From Candidatus Gallitreponema excrementavium (GTDB lineage: Bacteria > Spirochaetota > Spirochaetia > Treponematales > Treponemataceae), in contig JADIMM010000080.1 in the NCBI GenBank assembly GCA_017694795.1, positions 13,217 to 77,216 on the forward strand: a DNA stretch of 64,000 nt, given 5' to 3'. Positions 36,766 to 46,430 of this stretch are shown piece after piece (the stretch's first letter is position 1; each line of letters starts with the position of its first letter). The position numbers were made by a program, and so were the translations under genes. Under the pieces are notes generated by a model that was not told the DNA's origin, ran no database searches, and was given only the letters and a program-made list of their open reading frames with translations.

Positions 36766-36812
36766 TTGACAAAAAGTGTTTGATTTTATATTGTTTCTAT
36801 AAATAGAAACAA
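36766..36812 (+). promoter_or_regulatory. Promoter with an overlapping 22-bp perfect palindrome
   Basis: TTGACA at 36766..36771, N17, then TATTGT at 36789..36794. Palindrome TTGTTTCTAT-AA-ATAGAAACAA at 36791..36812, followed by a GAGG SD and ATG 36826. Confidence 0.5.
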
Positions 36813-36825
36813 AAGAGGTCACATT

Positions 36826-37851
36826 ATGAAGTCAAGAGTTTTACTGTTAATTTTTTGTGCTTTACTGGTTTTTTCATGCGGTTCCGAATCTGATAAAGAA
36901 GCCGGTGCAATTAAGATCGGAATTGCCAAGGTCGTACAGCACGAAGCCCTGGACCAAGTTGAAAAGGGAATTATCGATGTTATTAATGAATCCGGGTTGG
37001 ATGTCCAATACGATTTGCAGAATGCAAACGGCGACATAAACACCGCCGCACAAATTGCAAATAAATATAAAACAGAAAAGGTTGACGTTGCTGTAGGGAT
37101 TGCAACTCCTGTTGCTGTAGCCCTTGCAAATTCAATAAAAGACATACCTATCGTATTCGGTACAATTACAGATCCGGTAGGGGCAGGCCTTGTAACAACC
37201 CTTGACCGGGGGGAAGGAAACGTAACAGGAATGAGTGATGCCATTCCAACAAAAGAGCACATAAAGCTTTTTAAGGAACTGGCAGGAATAAAAACCTTGG
37301 GATACATTTATTCCAGCAATGAAGCAAATTCAATCTCTTCCCTCAGCCTCGTGGAAGAAGCCTGCCGTGAAAATTCCATTGAACTGGTAACCCAGTCCAT
37401 AACAACATCTGCCGAGGTACAACAGGCCGCTGTTTCCATTGTTGACAGGGTGGATGGAATTTACCTGACAACGGACAATACTGTTTTTTCTGCACTTCCT
37501 TCCCTGCTGCAGGTTTTTGAAAAGGCAAAAAAACCGGTTTTTTCAGGAGATGTAACCGGTGCAAAACAGGGAGGCTGTTTTGCTGCCTACGGCTTTAATT
37601 ATTACAAGGCCGGAAGGGCAACAGGGGAAATTGTATTGGAAATTCTTAACGGAAAATCCCCTGCAGAAATTCCTGTAAAATTTATGACCGAAAAAGAAGA
37701 TTCAGATATACTTTTTGATTTGGATGCTGCAAAAAACTGCGGGATAGAAATTCCATCTGATTTATTGGAAAATGCCACAATGATAATCAAAGACGGCGTT
37801 TTAACAGAAAATACCCCGGATGCTTCTTCCGAAAAATTAACGGCTGAATGA
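36826..37851 (+). CDS. ABC transporter substrate-binding lipoprotein (PF04392-like)
   Basis: 341 aa. Lipobox LLVFSCGS. IGIAKVVQHEALD and other blocks are paralogous to 35493..36452. Confidence 0.75.
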   Translation: MKSRVLLLIFCALLVFSCGSESDKEAGAIKIGIAKVVQHEALDQVEKGIIDVINESGLDVQYDLQNANGDINTAAQIANKYKTEKVDVAVGIATPVAVALANSIKDIPIVFGTITDPVGAGLVTTLDRGEGNVTGMSDAIPTKEHIKLFKELAGIKTLGYIYSSNEANSISSLSLVEEACRENSIELVTQSITTSAEVQQAAVSIVDRVDGIYLTTDNTVFSALPSLLQVFEKAKKPVFSGDVTGAKQGGCFAAYGFNYYKAGRATGEIVLEILNGKSPAEIPVKFMTEKEDSDILFDLDAAKNCGIEIPSDLLENATMIIKDGVLTENTPDASSEKLTAE

Positions 37852-37852
37852 G

Positions 37853-38215
37853 ATGGAAACATTTACACTTGTAAGACCGGAACATCTGAACCACCATGGA
37901 CAGCTTTTTGGAGGACGGCTCTTAGAGTGGGTGGATGAGTATGCCTGGCTGGCTGCAGCCAGGGATTATCCCGCCAACGAACTTGTGACAAGGGCAATGG
38001 ACAGTATTGATTTTAAATACGGAATTCCTAACGGTTCAATACTTAGATTTTCCATTGGAAAGGAAAAGGAAGGCACAACTTCCGTAACATATAAAGTTGA
38101 AGTTTTTACAAAAATCCGGGGAAAAAAAGAGCAACTGGTATTTTCAAATAAGGTAACTTTTGTAGCAATAAATCAGGAAGGAACAAAAGTGCCCCTGGTA
38201 AAGGACGGAAAATGA
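37853..38215 (+). CDS. Hotdog-fold acyl-CoA thioesterase
   Basis: 120 aa. LVRPEHLNHHGQLFGGRLLEWVDE is typical of YciA/acyl-CoA hydrolase hotdog proteins. Confidence 0.7.
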   Translation: METFTLVRPEHLNHHGQLFGGRLLEWVDEYAWLAAARDYPANELVTRAMDSIDFKYGIPNGSILRFSIGKEKEGTTSVTYKVEVFTKIRGKKEQLVFSNKVTFVAINQEGTKVPLVKDGK

Positions 38216-39147
38216 TAGAAAGTATTCTTTCCGAGGGATTAATATATTCCATAATGGTTCTGGGAGTTTTTATTACTTTCAGACTTTTGAATTTTGCAGA
38301 CATGACGGTAGACGGTTCATTTCCTTTGGGAGCCTGTATTCTGGCAGCCTGCCTTGTAAATGGGATAAACCCGGCTACAGGACTTTTTCTTGCCTTTGGA
38401 GGTGGTGTGGTTTCCGGTCTTGTAACAGCCCTGATTCACACCAAACTGAAAATTCCGGGACTGTTGGCGGGTATCCTTACAATGACAATGCTGGGTTCAA
38501 TCAACTTGCGTATCATGGGGAACCGCTCCAATATAAGCTACTTAAAAACAGATACACTGTTCACTGATATAACAAAAACAATTTCAGGACCCCTGCCAGA
38601 AGAATGGACACTGGTTGTTTTTCTTTTTATATCCGTGCTTATAATAAAGACAGTTTTGGATATTTTCTTCCACACTGATTTTGGCCTTACATTGGGAGCC
38701 CAGGGTTCAAATGAACAGATGATAATCAGCCAAGGTATGAACCCGGAAATTATAAAAGCCACAGGAATAGCGTTGGCAAACGGATTGAGTGCTTTTTCCG
38801 GAGCCTATGCTTCTATGTATTTAGGGTATGCCGATACGGGAATGGGAACCGGGGTAGTGGTTTCCGGCCTTGCCTCCCTTATGCTAGGTGAATTTGTCAT
38901 CCGCTCCAATAAAATTTCTTTCCTTACATTAAGGGTTATCATAGGCTCAATAATTTACAGGGGAATAATGTACTTTGGAAGAATCTACGGACACTACATC
39001 AATCTTACAGCAAATGACTTAAAACTCATAACCGGTATTCTTATAATTTTGTGTCTTGTAGTTTCAGGTTACGGGGATAAATTCATTAATAAAATCCGTA
39101 ATTTAAAAACAGAAACTTTAAAAAAAGGTAAAGGGGTTAATCCGTGA
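38212..39147 (+). CDS. ABC transporter permease (BPD_transp_2-like)
   Basis: 311 aa and polytopic. It overlaps its neighbours by 4 nt at both ends. Confidence 0.75.
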   Translation: MIESILSEGLIYSIMVLGVFITFRLLNFADMTVDGSFPLGACILAACLVNGINPATGLFLAFGGGVVSGLVTALIHTKLKIPGLLAGILTMTMLGSINLRIMGNRSNISYLKTDTLFTDITKTISGPLPEEWTLVVFLFISVLIIKTVLDIFFHTDFGLTLGAQGSNEQMIISQGMNPEIIKATGIALANGLSAFSGAYASMYLGYADTGMGTGVVVSGLASLMLGEFVIRSNKISFLTLRVIIGSIIYRGIMYFGRIYGHYINLTANDLKLITGILIILCLVVSGYGDKFINKIRNLKTETLKKGKGVNP

Positions 39148-39950
39148 TAAGCTTGAAAAATATTGATATGGTTTTCGGGGAAGGCACAGCAGACAGGAAT
39201 CATGTTCTAAAAAATATAAACCTGACCATAAACCCCGGAGATTTTATCACTGTTATCGGTTCAAACGGAGCCGGAAAATCAACACTCTATAATGTTATTG
39301 CCGGAACATTAAGACCTACAAAGGGCGAAATATTTTTAACCAGGGATAATGAAGCCCCTAAAAATATAACAAAAGACAAGGAATACAAGAGAGCTTATTA
39401 TATCGGAAGAATTTTCCAGGATCCACTTTTGGGAACGGCCGGTAAAATGTCCATAGCCGACAATATGCTAATTTGCAGTAAAAAAGGCTGGAAAGGCCTC
39501 AAAATCAGCCTTAACAAAAAACTCCGGGAAGAATTTAAGGAAAAGCTGAAAATTCTTGACATGGGCCTTGAAAACCGCATTAACGAAAATGTAGAAAAAC
39601 TTTCCGGTGGACAAAGGCAGGCTCTGACACTTTTAATGGCAGTAATGTCAAAACCATCCCTGTTGCTTTTAGACGAACATACCGCAGCCCTCGACCCTGG
39701 GAATGCCGAAGCTGTAATGAAACTTACAAAGGAGTTTGCAAAAGAATACAATCTCACGGTGATGATGATTACACACAATATGAATCATGCCTTGGAATAC
39801 GGAAACAGGCTCCTGATGATGGACAGCGGGGAAATTATCATGGATATTTCAGGAAAAGAAAAAGAAAACCTTACAATGGATGTTCTTATAAAAAGATTTA
39901 AAGAAATAAAAAAACAGGAACTTAACAGCGATGCAATGCTTTTAGGATAG
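39144..39950 (+). CDS. ABC transporter ATP-binding protein
   Basis: 268 aa. Walker A GSNGAGKST, signature LSGGQRQ and Walker B LLLLDEHTAALD. Confidence 0.9.
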   Translation: MISLKNIDMVFGEGTADRNHVLKNINLTINPGDFITVIGSNGAGKSTLYNVIAGTLRPTKGEIFLTRDNEAPKNITKDKEYKRAYYIGRIFQDPLLGTAGKMSIADNMLICSKKGWKGLKISLNKKLREEFKEKLKILDMGLENRINENVEKLSGGQRQALTLLMAVMSKPSLLLLDEHTAALDPGNAEAVMKLTKEFAKEYNLTVMMITHNMNHALEYGNRLLMMDSGEIIMDISGKEKENLTMDVLIKRFKEIKKQELNSDAMLLG

Positions 39951-40013
39951 CATTTTATCGACTCCTCCCCCGGGTAAAATTCCTCCAGTGATAAATACCC
40001 GGTGCTGCAACTT

Positions 40014-40093
40014 ACCAAAAAGAACTGCCTGCTTAAAATCCCAAACATTGCTTTGCAGTGGTAGGGGATTCTAAAAAGCAGGCAGTTCTTTTG
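40014..40093. repeat. Long nested inverted repeat between convergent genes
   Basis: CCAAAAAGAACTGCCTGCTT-N41-AAGCAGGCAGTTCTTTTGG has a 17-bp perfect core and one bulged A. An inner AATCCC/GGGATT pair sits within the spacer. Confidence 0.6.
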
Positions 40094-40161
40094 GCCGGCA
40101 CCCTCTGATTGTCAGTCAAAACACTGCTTAAAGGAAACTGCTGTCCTGCAGCGTTGCATAC

Positions 40162-40191
40162 TAAAAGAGTTTCCGGACAGCACCCTGTCCG
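40162..40191 (-). terminator. Candidate terminator of the OmpA-family giant gene
   Basis: The minus strand reads CGGACAG-GGTG-CTGTCCG followed by GAAACTCTTTT, 23 nt after the stop. Confidence 0.35.
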
Positions 40192-40213
40192 AAAACTCAT
40201 TAAAAAGTCAGGC

Positions 40214-43200
40214 TTATTTAATCAGAATAAACTCAACCCTCCTGTTTTTCCACCAGTTATTTCTGTCACTCCGGGGAACAACCGGCTGTGTTCCGCCCCG
40301 GCCAACTGTAGACAAACGGGAAGAATTCACACCGTAATCTGAAAGAATTTTCATAACAGCCTCAGCCCTGGCATTTGATAAAGGCAGAAGGTCTTCTTCT
40401 TCCTCCTTCTGGGTTCCGGTAACATTATTGGCGTGCCCTTCAATTACAACCCTGTAATCCTTGAATTTATTAAGGATTTCCGCCACACGTTTAAGAACCT
40501 GCTCATTCTTCTCTACGGTAGCTGCAGGCAAACCTATAAAGTCTGCATTGTTTTCACGGAATATAATCGAGGGAACCTGTATTTTCAAATTTTCTCCCTG
40601 ACGGATTACCAGAATATCCACAGGAATATATCCAGTCGTGACCGAAACATTACCCAAATCATCTGCTACTGTAAAGACATAGGGATAATCGGTGGCAGCC
40701 TGGACAAGTTCTCCCTTATTTGATTTTCCGTCCCAGATTATTCTGGGAGTAATGGAAGTAGTTCCCTCTGCCTTCCAGAAAGTAAGTCCCGCCCCCTGGG
40801 GCTCCTTGATTTCAAAAGACCACTTTGTAAACGGCGAAATTGACTTGGCAGAAAGGGAAATATACAGGTCGTCGTCCACCCCGTCATTATCCGGACTGAA
40901 ATATTTTGGTGAAAGACTTACACTCAATTCCGGTGCCTTTCCGTTTACAATGAAAGGAGATGAGTAAGCTTCCAAAACATCCCCCTTCTCATAAACCAAG
41001 GAAAGTTTTGCAATAAAGTTTCCTCTCACAATCAGTCCGGAATAGTCTTTTCCGTCCCATTTGATGGATTCAGGAAGCCCTTCCCCTTTTGTGCCGGCCC
41101 AGGTAAATACCTCCACTTCTTTTTTACCGGTTACATCAAAAACAGACACCTGCCAGGATTCAATTCCGGTAGTAATCGAAGCTACAGGATTTAAAACCTG
41201 CTGATCCTTTATTCCGTCATTGTTAGGCGAAATCCCGGAAAGTTCTGCGGTCAAATAGGCCTTGGGGATTCTGGAGTCAAGGTTAATCTCCGGGATTTTA
41301 ACTGTTGTTTTATTTCCGGCTTCGTCTTCAGAAGTCAAAACATAACTGTAAATTCCATCAGGCAATATATTTCCGGCTTCATCTGTTCCGTTCCAGGCGA
41401 AATCCTTCAACTGCCCGTTCCAATGGAAAGTCCGAACCAAACGGGACTCCGAATTGAATATTTCACCCTTCCAGTTGTCTGTACCCTTGGAAGACTGTTT
41501 AAAATTCACCTGGTCTTTTTTACCGTCTCCGTTTGGTGAAAAACTAAGGGTATCAACTTCTGTACTGCCTTCAGGAAATACTCTGTCCAGCAAAATGGAA
41601 GAAGAGGTTGCAGAAGCCTGATTTCCATTGGCATAAGAAACCTCTATTGTAGCAAAGTACCGTCCGTCCGGTGAACCTTCCCCGTCCCAGGTAAACACAG
41701 AAGGCAGATTCCTGTCTCCTGTCCAAGAATGGACTTCCTGATTATTTTCTGAATAAATGGAGAGCTTGTAGGTCAATATGCCTGTGTTTCCCTTATTGGT
41801 AACATTAAAACTTAAAGTATCCTTTACCCCGTCACCATTAGGAGAAAAAGCATTTAAGGAAGGATAAATCATAACTTCGGCTTCTTCTGTATTTAGTGTT
41901 ATTGAAACCTCTTTTGACCCGCCGGTATTTCCGGCCCTGTCTTCCGAAACCAGCACATAACGGTAAACCCCATCCGGCAAAAGTTCGTTATTTTTATCCA
42001 GACCGTCCCATTCAAGTTTTTCTGCAGGTTCTCCCGTCCATTTCCAAAGCCTTACAACATTATCCCTTGAATCCAGGATTTTACCTTCCCACAAGGCTTC
42101 GGAACTGGCTGTTTGTGAAAAAACGACACGGTCAAGATTTCCGTCCCCGTTTGGAGAGAAAATTCCGGTATCACTTGAAACTCTTGCCTCAGGCGCTGTA
42201 ACATCAACCGTAAAAACAGGGGACGCCGATACCGGCTGGTAACCGTTTTCATAATAAACTGTTAATACCGCCTGGTATTGTCCTTCTGCCAGGACTGCCC
42301 CGGTAGATGTTTTTCCGTCATAATTGAATTCCGACGGGGCCTCCCCATTCCCGGTAAAAGCCCTCACAACTGTACCGTCATTATAGGAATTCTCAACCTT
42401 AACAATCTGGATATCCCAGCTTACAAGCCCCTTTGTCACCGGCACAGAAGGCCTTACAGGCAGAACATTTTTACTGCCTGTAGTACCGGGGGCAAAATAA
42501 TTATAATCAATAGTGAGATTAACCGAAGGCTTTTCGGTATTTACGATAATGTTATCCAACCGGGCCGAAACATTATTCCCAGCCTTGTCTACCGCAGAAA
42601 TTACATAATAGTAAATTCCGTCAGGTACTATTACGCCATTATCATCCTTTCCGTCCCAAACAAGGGTTTCAGGCTCAGAATCTTTCCATGTAAAAGTTCT
42701 TACTGGAGTTCCACGGTTTGTATAAAAAGTCCCTGTCCAAAGGTCTTCTTTTGTACCTTTCTGGGGAATCCTGAGAAAATCTTTATTTCCGTCCCCGTCA
42801 GGGCTAAAAATCAAATCCCTGGCAGGAGTTTTTGGAGTCCCCGGATCCGGAAGGGAATTAACCGCCTGGGCAATGAATGTCCCTCCCAAGGAAGATGATA
42901 AAAGCTCCAAACCGGCAGGAATATTATTTTCCGGTCTATCTACTCTATATGGAGATATCATACCAAAAAGCTGGATTGAAGGAGGTGTTACATCTATTTC
43001 CACCTGGTAAACCGGTGTAACCTGCTTGTTCCCGTTATCATCAACGGCTTCCATTCTAAAGTAATATACGCCGTCCGGGGCAACTTCCCCGGAATCCATT
43101 ATCCCGTCCCAGCGGATTGAAGAAGGAAGGTCTATACCCTGTTTTGGAGTTACAAGCCTTTTCATAACAGTACCGAAAGTTTCATTTTCCGGGCGTTTTT

Positions 43201-44389
43201 CCTTGTTTTCAATGCGTTTAACCTCGTTTCCATCTTCGTCAGTTACAATAAAAGCCCAGGATGTTACATATCTTGAATCAATCACCGAAACATCAAAAAT
43301 AAGTTCGTCGTTTATTCCGTCATTATTAGGGGAGAAGGAATAACCTTCCTTATAAGTCATCTTAATTTCCGGAGGATTTGTATCTTTCACTCCAAGATGT
43401 ACATTCAATCCGCCTCCAAAAGCCCAGACACTGTCCGTTACAGGTCTGGCAATAAGGGAAGGTGTAAGCTCGCTTTTGTTCCAACCGTTCCTGCCGATAA
43501 ATGTGTCTGACTCCGGATTGTTTAACTTTATTTTAACCCCCAAAGAGAAAGCCGGCATAAGGAGGGAATGCCCCGTAGCAGCCTCCATAAGGTTAAAATC
43601 CCAGTCCGTACTTAAGAAAACACTGTTGTTCCAGGCGAATTGTAGTCCTACCCCGAAAAGAAAATTGGATACAGAAGGAAAAGCAAAGTCCGTCCATCCG
43701 CCGATTTTAAACTTCTTGTAGTCCAATAAAACAGCAGAAGCCCCTATTTCCGGAGTTACAGCAGAGGGAATCCCTGTTAACTTAGACCCATTTCTTACAC
43801 CGGTTGCCCCGGAAGGAGCCATTCCTTTCCCCAGTCCGGTTAGCGAGGCTCCAATTCTTATGTCTTTAAAAATTGAAAAATCTTCCGGAAGGTATACCAC
43901 TCCCAGAGATCCGGAAAAAGCCCAATCCGAACCGAAGGCTGAATGAAGCCCCAAGCCAACATAAAAGTTTTCAAATAAATCTTTGGAAAATGCCAGATCA
44001 AAAAAACCGGAAGTACCATAATAAAGTCCATCCTGCTTTGAAGAGGTAAAGCCCAGATTTGATGAAATTACCGCCCACCGTGTAGGCACTGAAACGCCAA
44101 GTTCACCACTATGTCCAATCCCGGCTTTTTCCAAGTCCTTTAAAATGAGGTACCCTGCATTAAGCACAATTCTCTGTTCCCCGCCAGCCAAGGCCGGATT
44201 CAAAGACGTATAGGAAGGCAGGGAAATGTCAAAACTGCCACCGGTTACAGACCTGCCAGCACTCATCCCCGGGTAAGCGACGTTAAAGAATTTTTCGCCA
44301 CCTTCCATGGGGTTTACAGGAAAAAAACCCCAAAGCCCGGTAAAAATAAAACAAACGATTATCAAAATAAAAAAAAGCTTTCTCACCAT
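40214..44389 (-). CDS. Giant envelope protein with an N-terminal putative beta-barrel, eight FlgD-Ig-like modules and a C-terminal OmpA peptidoglycan-binding domain
   Basis: 1391 aa with a signal peptide. Seven clear F/I-SP-N/D-G/N-DG-x-x-D motifs plus one degenerate copy, each followed by W-D/N-G-x-D...PDG-x-Y. The C-terminus VVIEGHANNVTG...NARAEAVMKIL...NRRVEFILIK is OmpA-like. Confidence 0.8.
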   Translation of the reverse strand: MVRKLFFILIIVCFIFTGLWGFFPVNPMEGGEKFFNVAYPGMSAGRSVTGGSFDISLPSYTSLNPALAGGEQRIVLNAGYLILKDLEKAGIGHSGELGVSVPTRWAVISSNLGFTSSKQDGLYYGTSGFFDLAFSKDLFENFYVGLGLHSAFGSDWAFSGSLGVVYLPEDFSIFKDIRIGASLTGLGKGMAPSGATGVRNGSKLTGIPSAVTPEIGASAVLLDYKKFKIGGWTDFAFPSVSNFLFGVGLQFAWNNSVFLSTDWDFNLMEAATGHSLLMPAFSLGVKIKLNNPESDTFIGRNGWNKSELTPSLIARPVTDSVWAFGGGLNVHLGVKDTNPPEIKMTYKEGYSFSPNNDGINDELIFDVSVIDSRYVTSWAFIVTDEDGNEVKRIENKEKRPENETFGTVMKRLVTPKQGIDLPSSIRWDGIMDSGEVAPDGVYYFRMEAVDDNGNKQVTPVYQVEIDVTPPSIQLFGMISPYRVDRPENNIPAGLELLSSSLGGTFIAQAVNSLPDPGTPKTPARDLIFSPDGDGNKDFLRIPQKGTKEDLWTGTFYTNRGTPVRTFTWKDSEPETLVWDGKDDNGVIVPDGIYYYVISAVDKAGNNVSARLDNIIVNTEKPSVNLTIDYNYFAPGTTGSKNVLPVRPSVPVTKGLVSWDIQIVKVENSYNDGTVVRAFTGNGEAPSEFNYDGKTSTGAVLAEGQYQAVLTVYYENGYQPVSASPVFTVDVTAPEARVSSDTGIFSPNGDGNLDRVVFSQTASSEALWEGKILDSRDNVVRLWKWTGEPAEKLEWDGLDKNNELLPDGVYRYVLVSEDRAGNTGGSKEVSITLNTEEAEVMIYPSLNAFSPNGDGVKDTLSFNVTNKGNTGILTYKLSIYSENNQEVHSWTGDRNLPSVFTWDGEGSPDGRYFATIEVSYANGNQASATSSSILLDRVFPEGSTEVDTLSFSPNGDGKKDQVNFKQSSKGTDNWKGEIFNSESRLVRTFHWNGQLKDFAWNGTDEAGNILPDGIYSYVLTSEDEAGNKTTVKIPEINLDSRIPKAYLTAELSGISPNNDGIKDQQVLNPVASITTGIESWQVSVFDVTGKKEVEVFTWAGTKGEGLPESIKWDGKDYSGLIVRGNFIAKLSLVYEKGDVLEAYSSPFIVNGKAPELSVSLSPKYFSPDNDGVDDDLYISLSAKSISPFTKWSFEIKEPQGAGLTFWKAEGTTSITPRIIWDGKSNKGELVQAATDYPYVFTVADDLGNVSVTTGYIPVDILVIRQGENLKIQVPSIIFRENNADFIGLPAATVEKNEQVLKRVAEILNKFKDYRVVIEGHANNVTGTQKEEEEDLLPLSNARAEAVMKILSDYGVNSSRLSTVGRGGTQPVVPRSDRNNWWKNRRVEFILIK

Positions 44390-44443
44390 TAATCTCCTGA
44401 TTTCCTGCCATAATCACGGCAGAAGTATAATACAAGTTTCCGA

Positions 44444-45133
44444 CTATTTCTTCATTAAATCAATTTTTTCTACATTCCACTTTGATTTACCATCAGGGGA
44501 AATATAAACCCAGGCAAATTCTCCTGCTGCCAAAGCTCCCGGATTGATAACAAAAGTTTCCCCGATTTTTGAGATCCCCTGACTTTCATGAATATGACCA
44601 GTCACAACCAGGACAGGTTTTATTTCTTCAATATAGTTTCTTAACAGCTTTGACCCAACATGAATATCCCCTGGAATTTTGTCACAGTCCGTACCAAAAG
44701 GAGGGTTATGCACAACAAGAACAAGATTTGACCAGGCTCTGTCTCCTCCGCCAGAGTCCGACGACAAAACCTGTTTTAAATCCCCAACTATACAGTCCTC
44801 ACTTCTTTCATTAGGTGTATCATTTGAAAAAGGTGTTGCACCCCCTGAGCCGGTAAAAAGCAAACCTCCGAAAGAAGAAAGAGAGCCTTCTATACTAACA
44901 TCATACTGTTCCAATGTATCCTTAAAATCAATTTCATCATGGTTTCCGATTACTGCAAAAAGATTTTCGTTACAGTGTAAAAGCTCTTTTAAAATTTCAT
45001 CTCCTGAATCAGGATTTGTAATATCACAAAAATCCCCTCCAAAAATAACCAGATCAGCCTTTCCGGCCTCTTCTTTTATCAAATTAATTTTTTCTTTTTT
45101 TCCATGAATATCAGAAATTACAAGAATTTTCAT
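44444..45133 (-). CDS. Calcineurin-like metallophosphoesterase
   Basis: 229 aa. MKILVISDIHGK, GGDFCD, GNHD and TGHIHE motifs. Confidence 0.8.
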   Translation of the reverse strand: MKILVISDIHGKKEKINLIKEEAGKADLVIFGGDFCDITNPDSGDEILKELLHCNENLFAVIGNHDEIDFKDTLEQYDVSIEGSLSSFGGLLFTGSGGATPFSNDTPNERSEDCIVGDLKQVLSSDSGGGDRAWSNLVLVVHNPPFGTDCDKIPGDIHVGSKLLRNYIEEIKPVLVVTGHIHESQGISKIGETFVINPGALAAGEFAWVYISPDGKSKWNVEKIDLMKK

Positions 45134-45172
45134 AACTTCTCCTTTTTTCTGTTTTGTGTCCTGGCGGACAGT

Positions 45173-46318
45173 TTATAACCGGGAAAAATTCCTTTTAAAA
45201 ATTTCAATCAGTCCTTTCATTTCGTTATCAGTCCCCACTGATATTCTTACAAAATCACGGATTCCGGGAATATCAAAATAACGGATTAAAAAACCCTCCT
45301 CTTTCGCAATCTCATAAAGAGTTTTTCCAGGAATGCCGGTTTTCTTTACGAAAACAAAATTTGCCTTGGAAGGTAACACATCAAAACCAAGTCTTTTCAG
45401 CTCCCGTGAAAAATTATCCCTGGTAAAAGCAATTTTTAAGGCATTTTCTTTATAGTAATCCCAATTTTCGCAAATTGTTATCCCCAGCTTCTGGGCAAGA
45501 ATATCCACAGGAAAATGGTTGAAAGAATTTTTCACGGCTTTCAGTACCCCGATATTTTCAGGGGAAGAAACAGCAAACCCAAGCCTTCCTCCGGCAAATG
45601 AACCGCTTTTTGAAAAAGTCCTTAAAACAACAAGATTATTAAAATCTTTCAGCAACGGGATAACAGATTCACCGCCAAAATCAACATAGGCCTCATCAAC
45701 CACAACAATTTTATCGCCAGAGTACCTGGTAAGAAAATTCCTGATATATTCACAGGACAAATTTATCCCCGTGGGAGCATTTGGATTTGCAAAAATTACA
45801 CCGGAGGAATCCCCTCCCAAATATCCATCCAAATCAACTGAATAATCCGGAGCCAAAGGAATTCTCTTAAGGGGTATTCCGTAAAATTCGCTGTATACCG
45901 GGTAAAAACTATATGAAAATTCAGGACTTAATAAAGGTTTGTCATCGTCAAAAAAGGCATAAAAAACAAATGATAACACCTCATCGGACCCGTTACCGCA
46001 AAACACCATGTCTTTTTCTACGTTAAGAAGTTTAGCAATTTTTTCCGAAAGAAGCCCGCACTCCGGATCAGGGTATCTTGCATAAAGGGAATAATCAAAA
46101 TCAGAAATGACCTTTTTAAAATCCGGAACCGGAGGGTAAGGATTTTCATTTGCATTCAATTTTATGTAAACCCTGTCCGAAGGTTGTTCCCCGGGAACAT
46201 AGGGATGAATTTTCCTGCTTCGTTTTGAATACATTACAGCACCGCCTGCATAAATGTTTTTCAGTCTGTCAACAACTGATAGTAAACTTATAACACTTTT
46301 AATTTTTTTTTTCATCAT
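45173..46318 (-). CDS. hisC: Histidinol-phosphate aminotransferase
   Basis: LNANENPYPP, VVVDEAY and TFSKSGSFAGGRLGF (PLP lysine). The true start is probably ATG 46234 (MYSKRSRKIHPYVPGEQP). Confidence 0.8.
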   Translation of the reverse strand: MMKKKIKSVISLLSVVDRLKNIYAGGAVMYSKRSRKIHPYVPGEQPSDRVYIKLNANENPYPPVPDFKKVISDFDYSLYARYPDPECGLLSEKIAKLLNVEKDMVFCGNGSDEVLSFVFYAFFDDDKPLLSPEFSYSFYPVYSEFYGIPLKRIPLAPDYSVDLDGYLGGDSSGVIFANPNAPTGINLSCEYIRNFLTRYSGDKIVVVDEAYVDFGGESVIPLLKDFNNLVVLRTFSKSGSFAGGRLGFAVSSPENIGVLKAVKNSFNHFPVDILAQKLGITICENWDYYKENALKIAFTRDNFSRELKRLGFDVLPSKANFVFVKKTGIPGKTLYEIAKEEGFLIRYFDIPGIRDFVRISVGTDNEMKGLIEIFKRNFSRL

Positions 46319-46430
46319 ATCAGACCCGCTTAAAGATAAATCCTGCTAAAAAAAAATAAGTTTTTGATATAAAAAAGTTTACAAGCAACAATAATTCCAA
46401 AAAATTAAATATGGTAAAATTTTCAGACAA

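Noticed and set aside
36819-37307. A 162-aa minus-strand ORF overlaps the start of the ABC substrate-binding gene.
   Set aside because: It is antisense to a gene with clear paralogue support and a lipobox. It has no SD and a low-complexity, hydrophobic translation.
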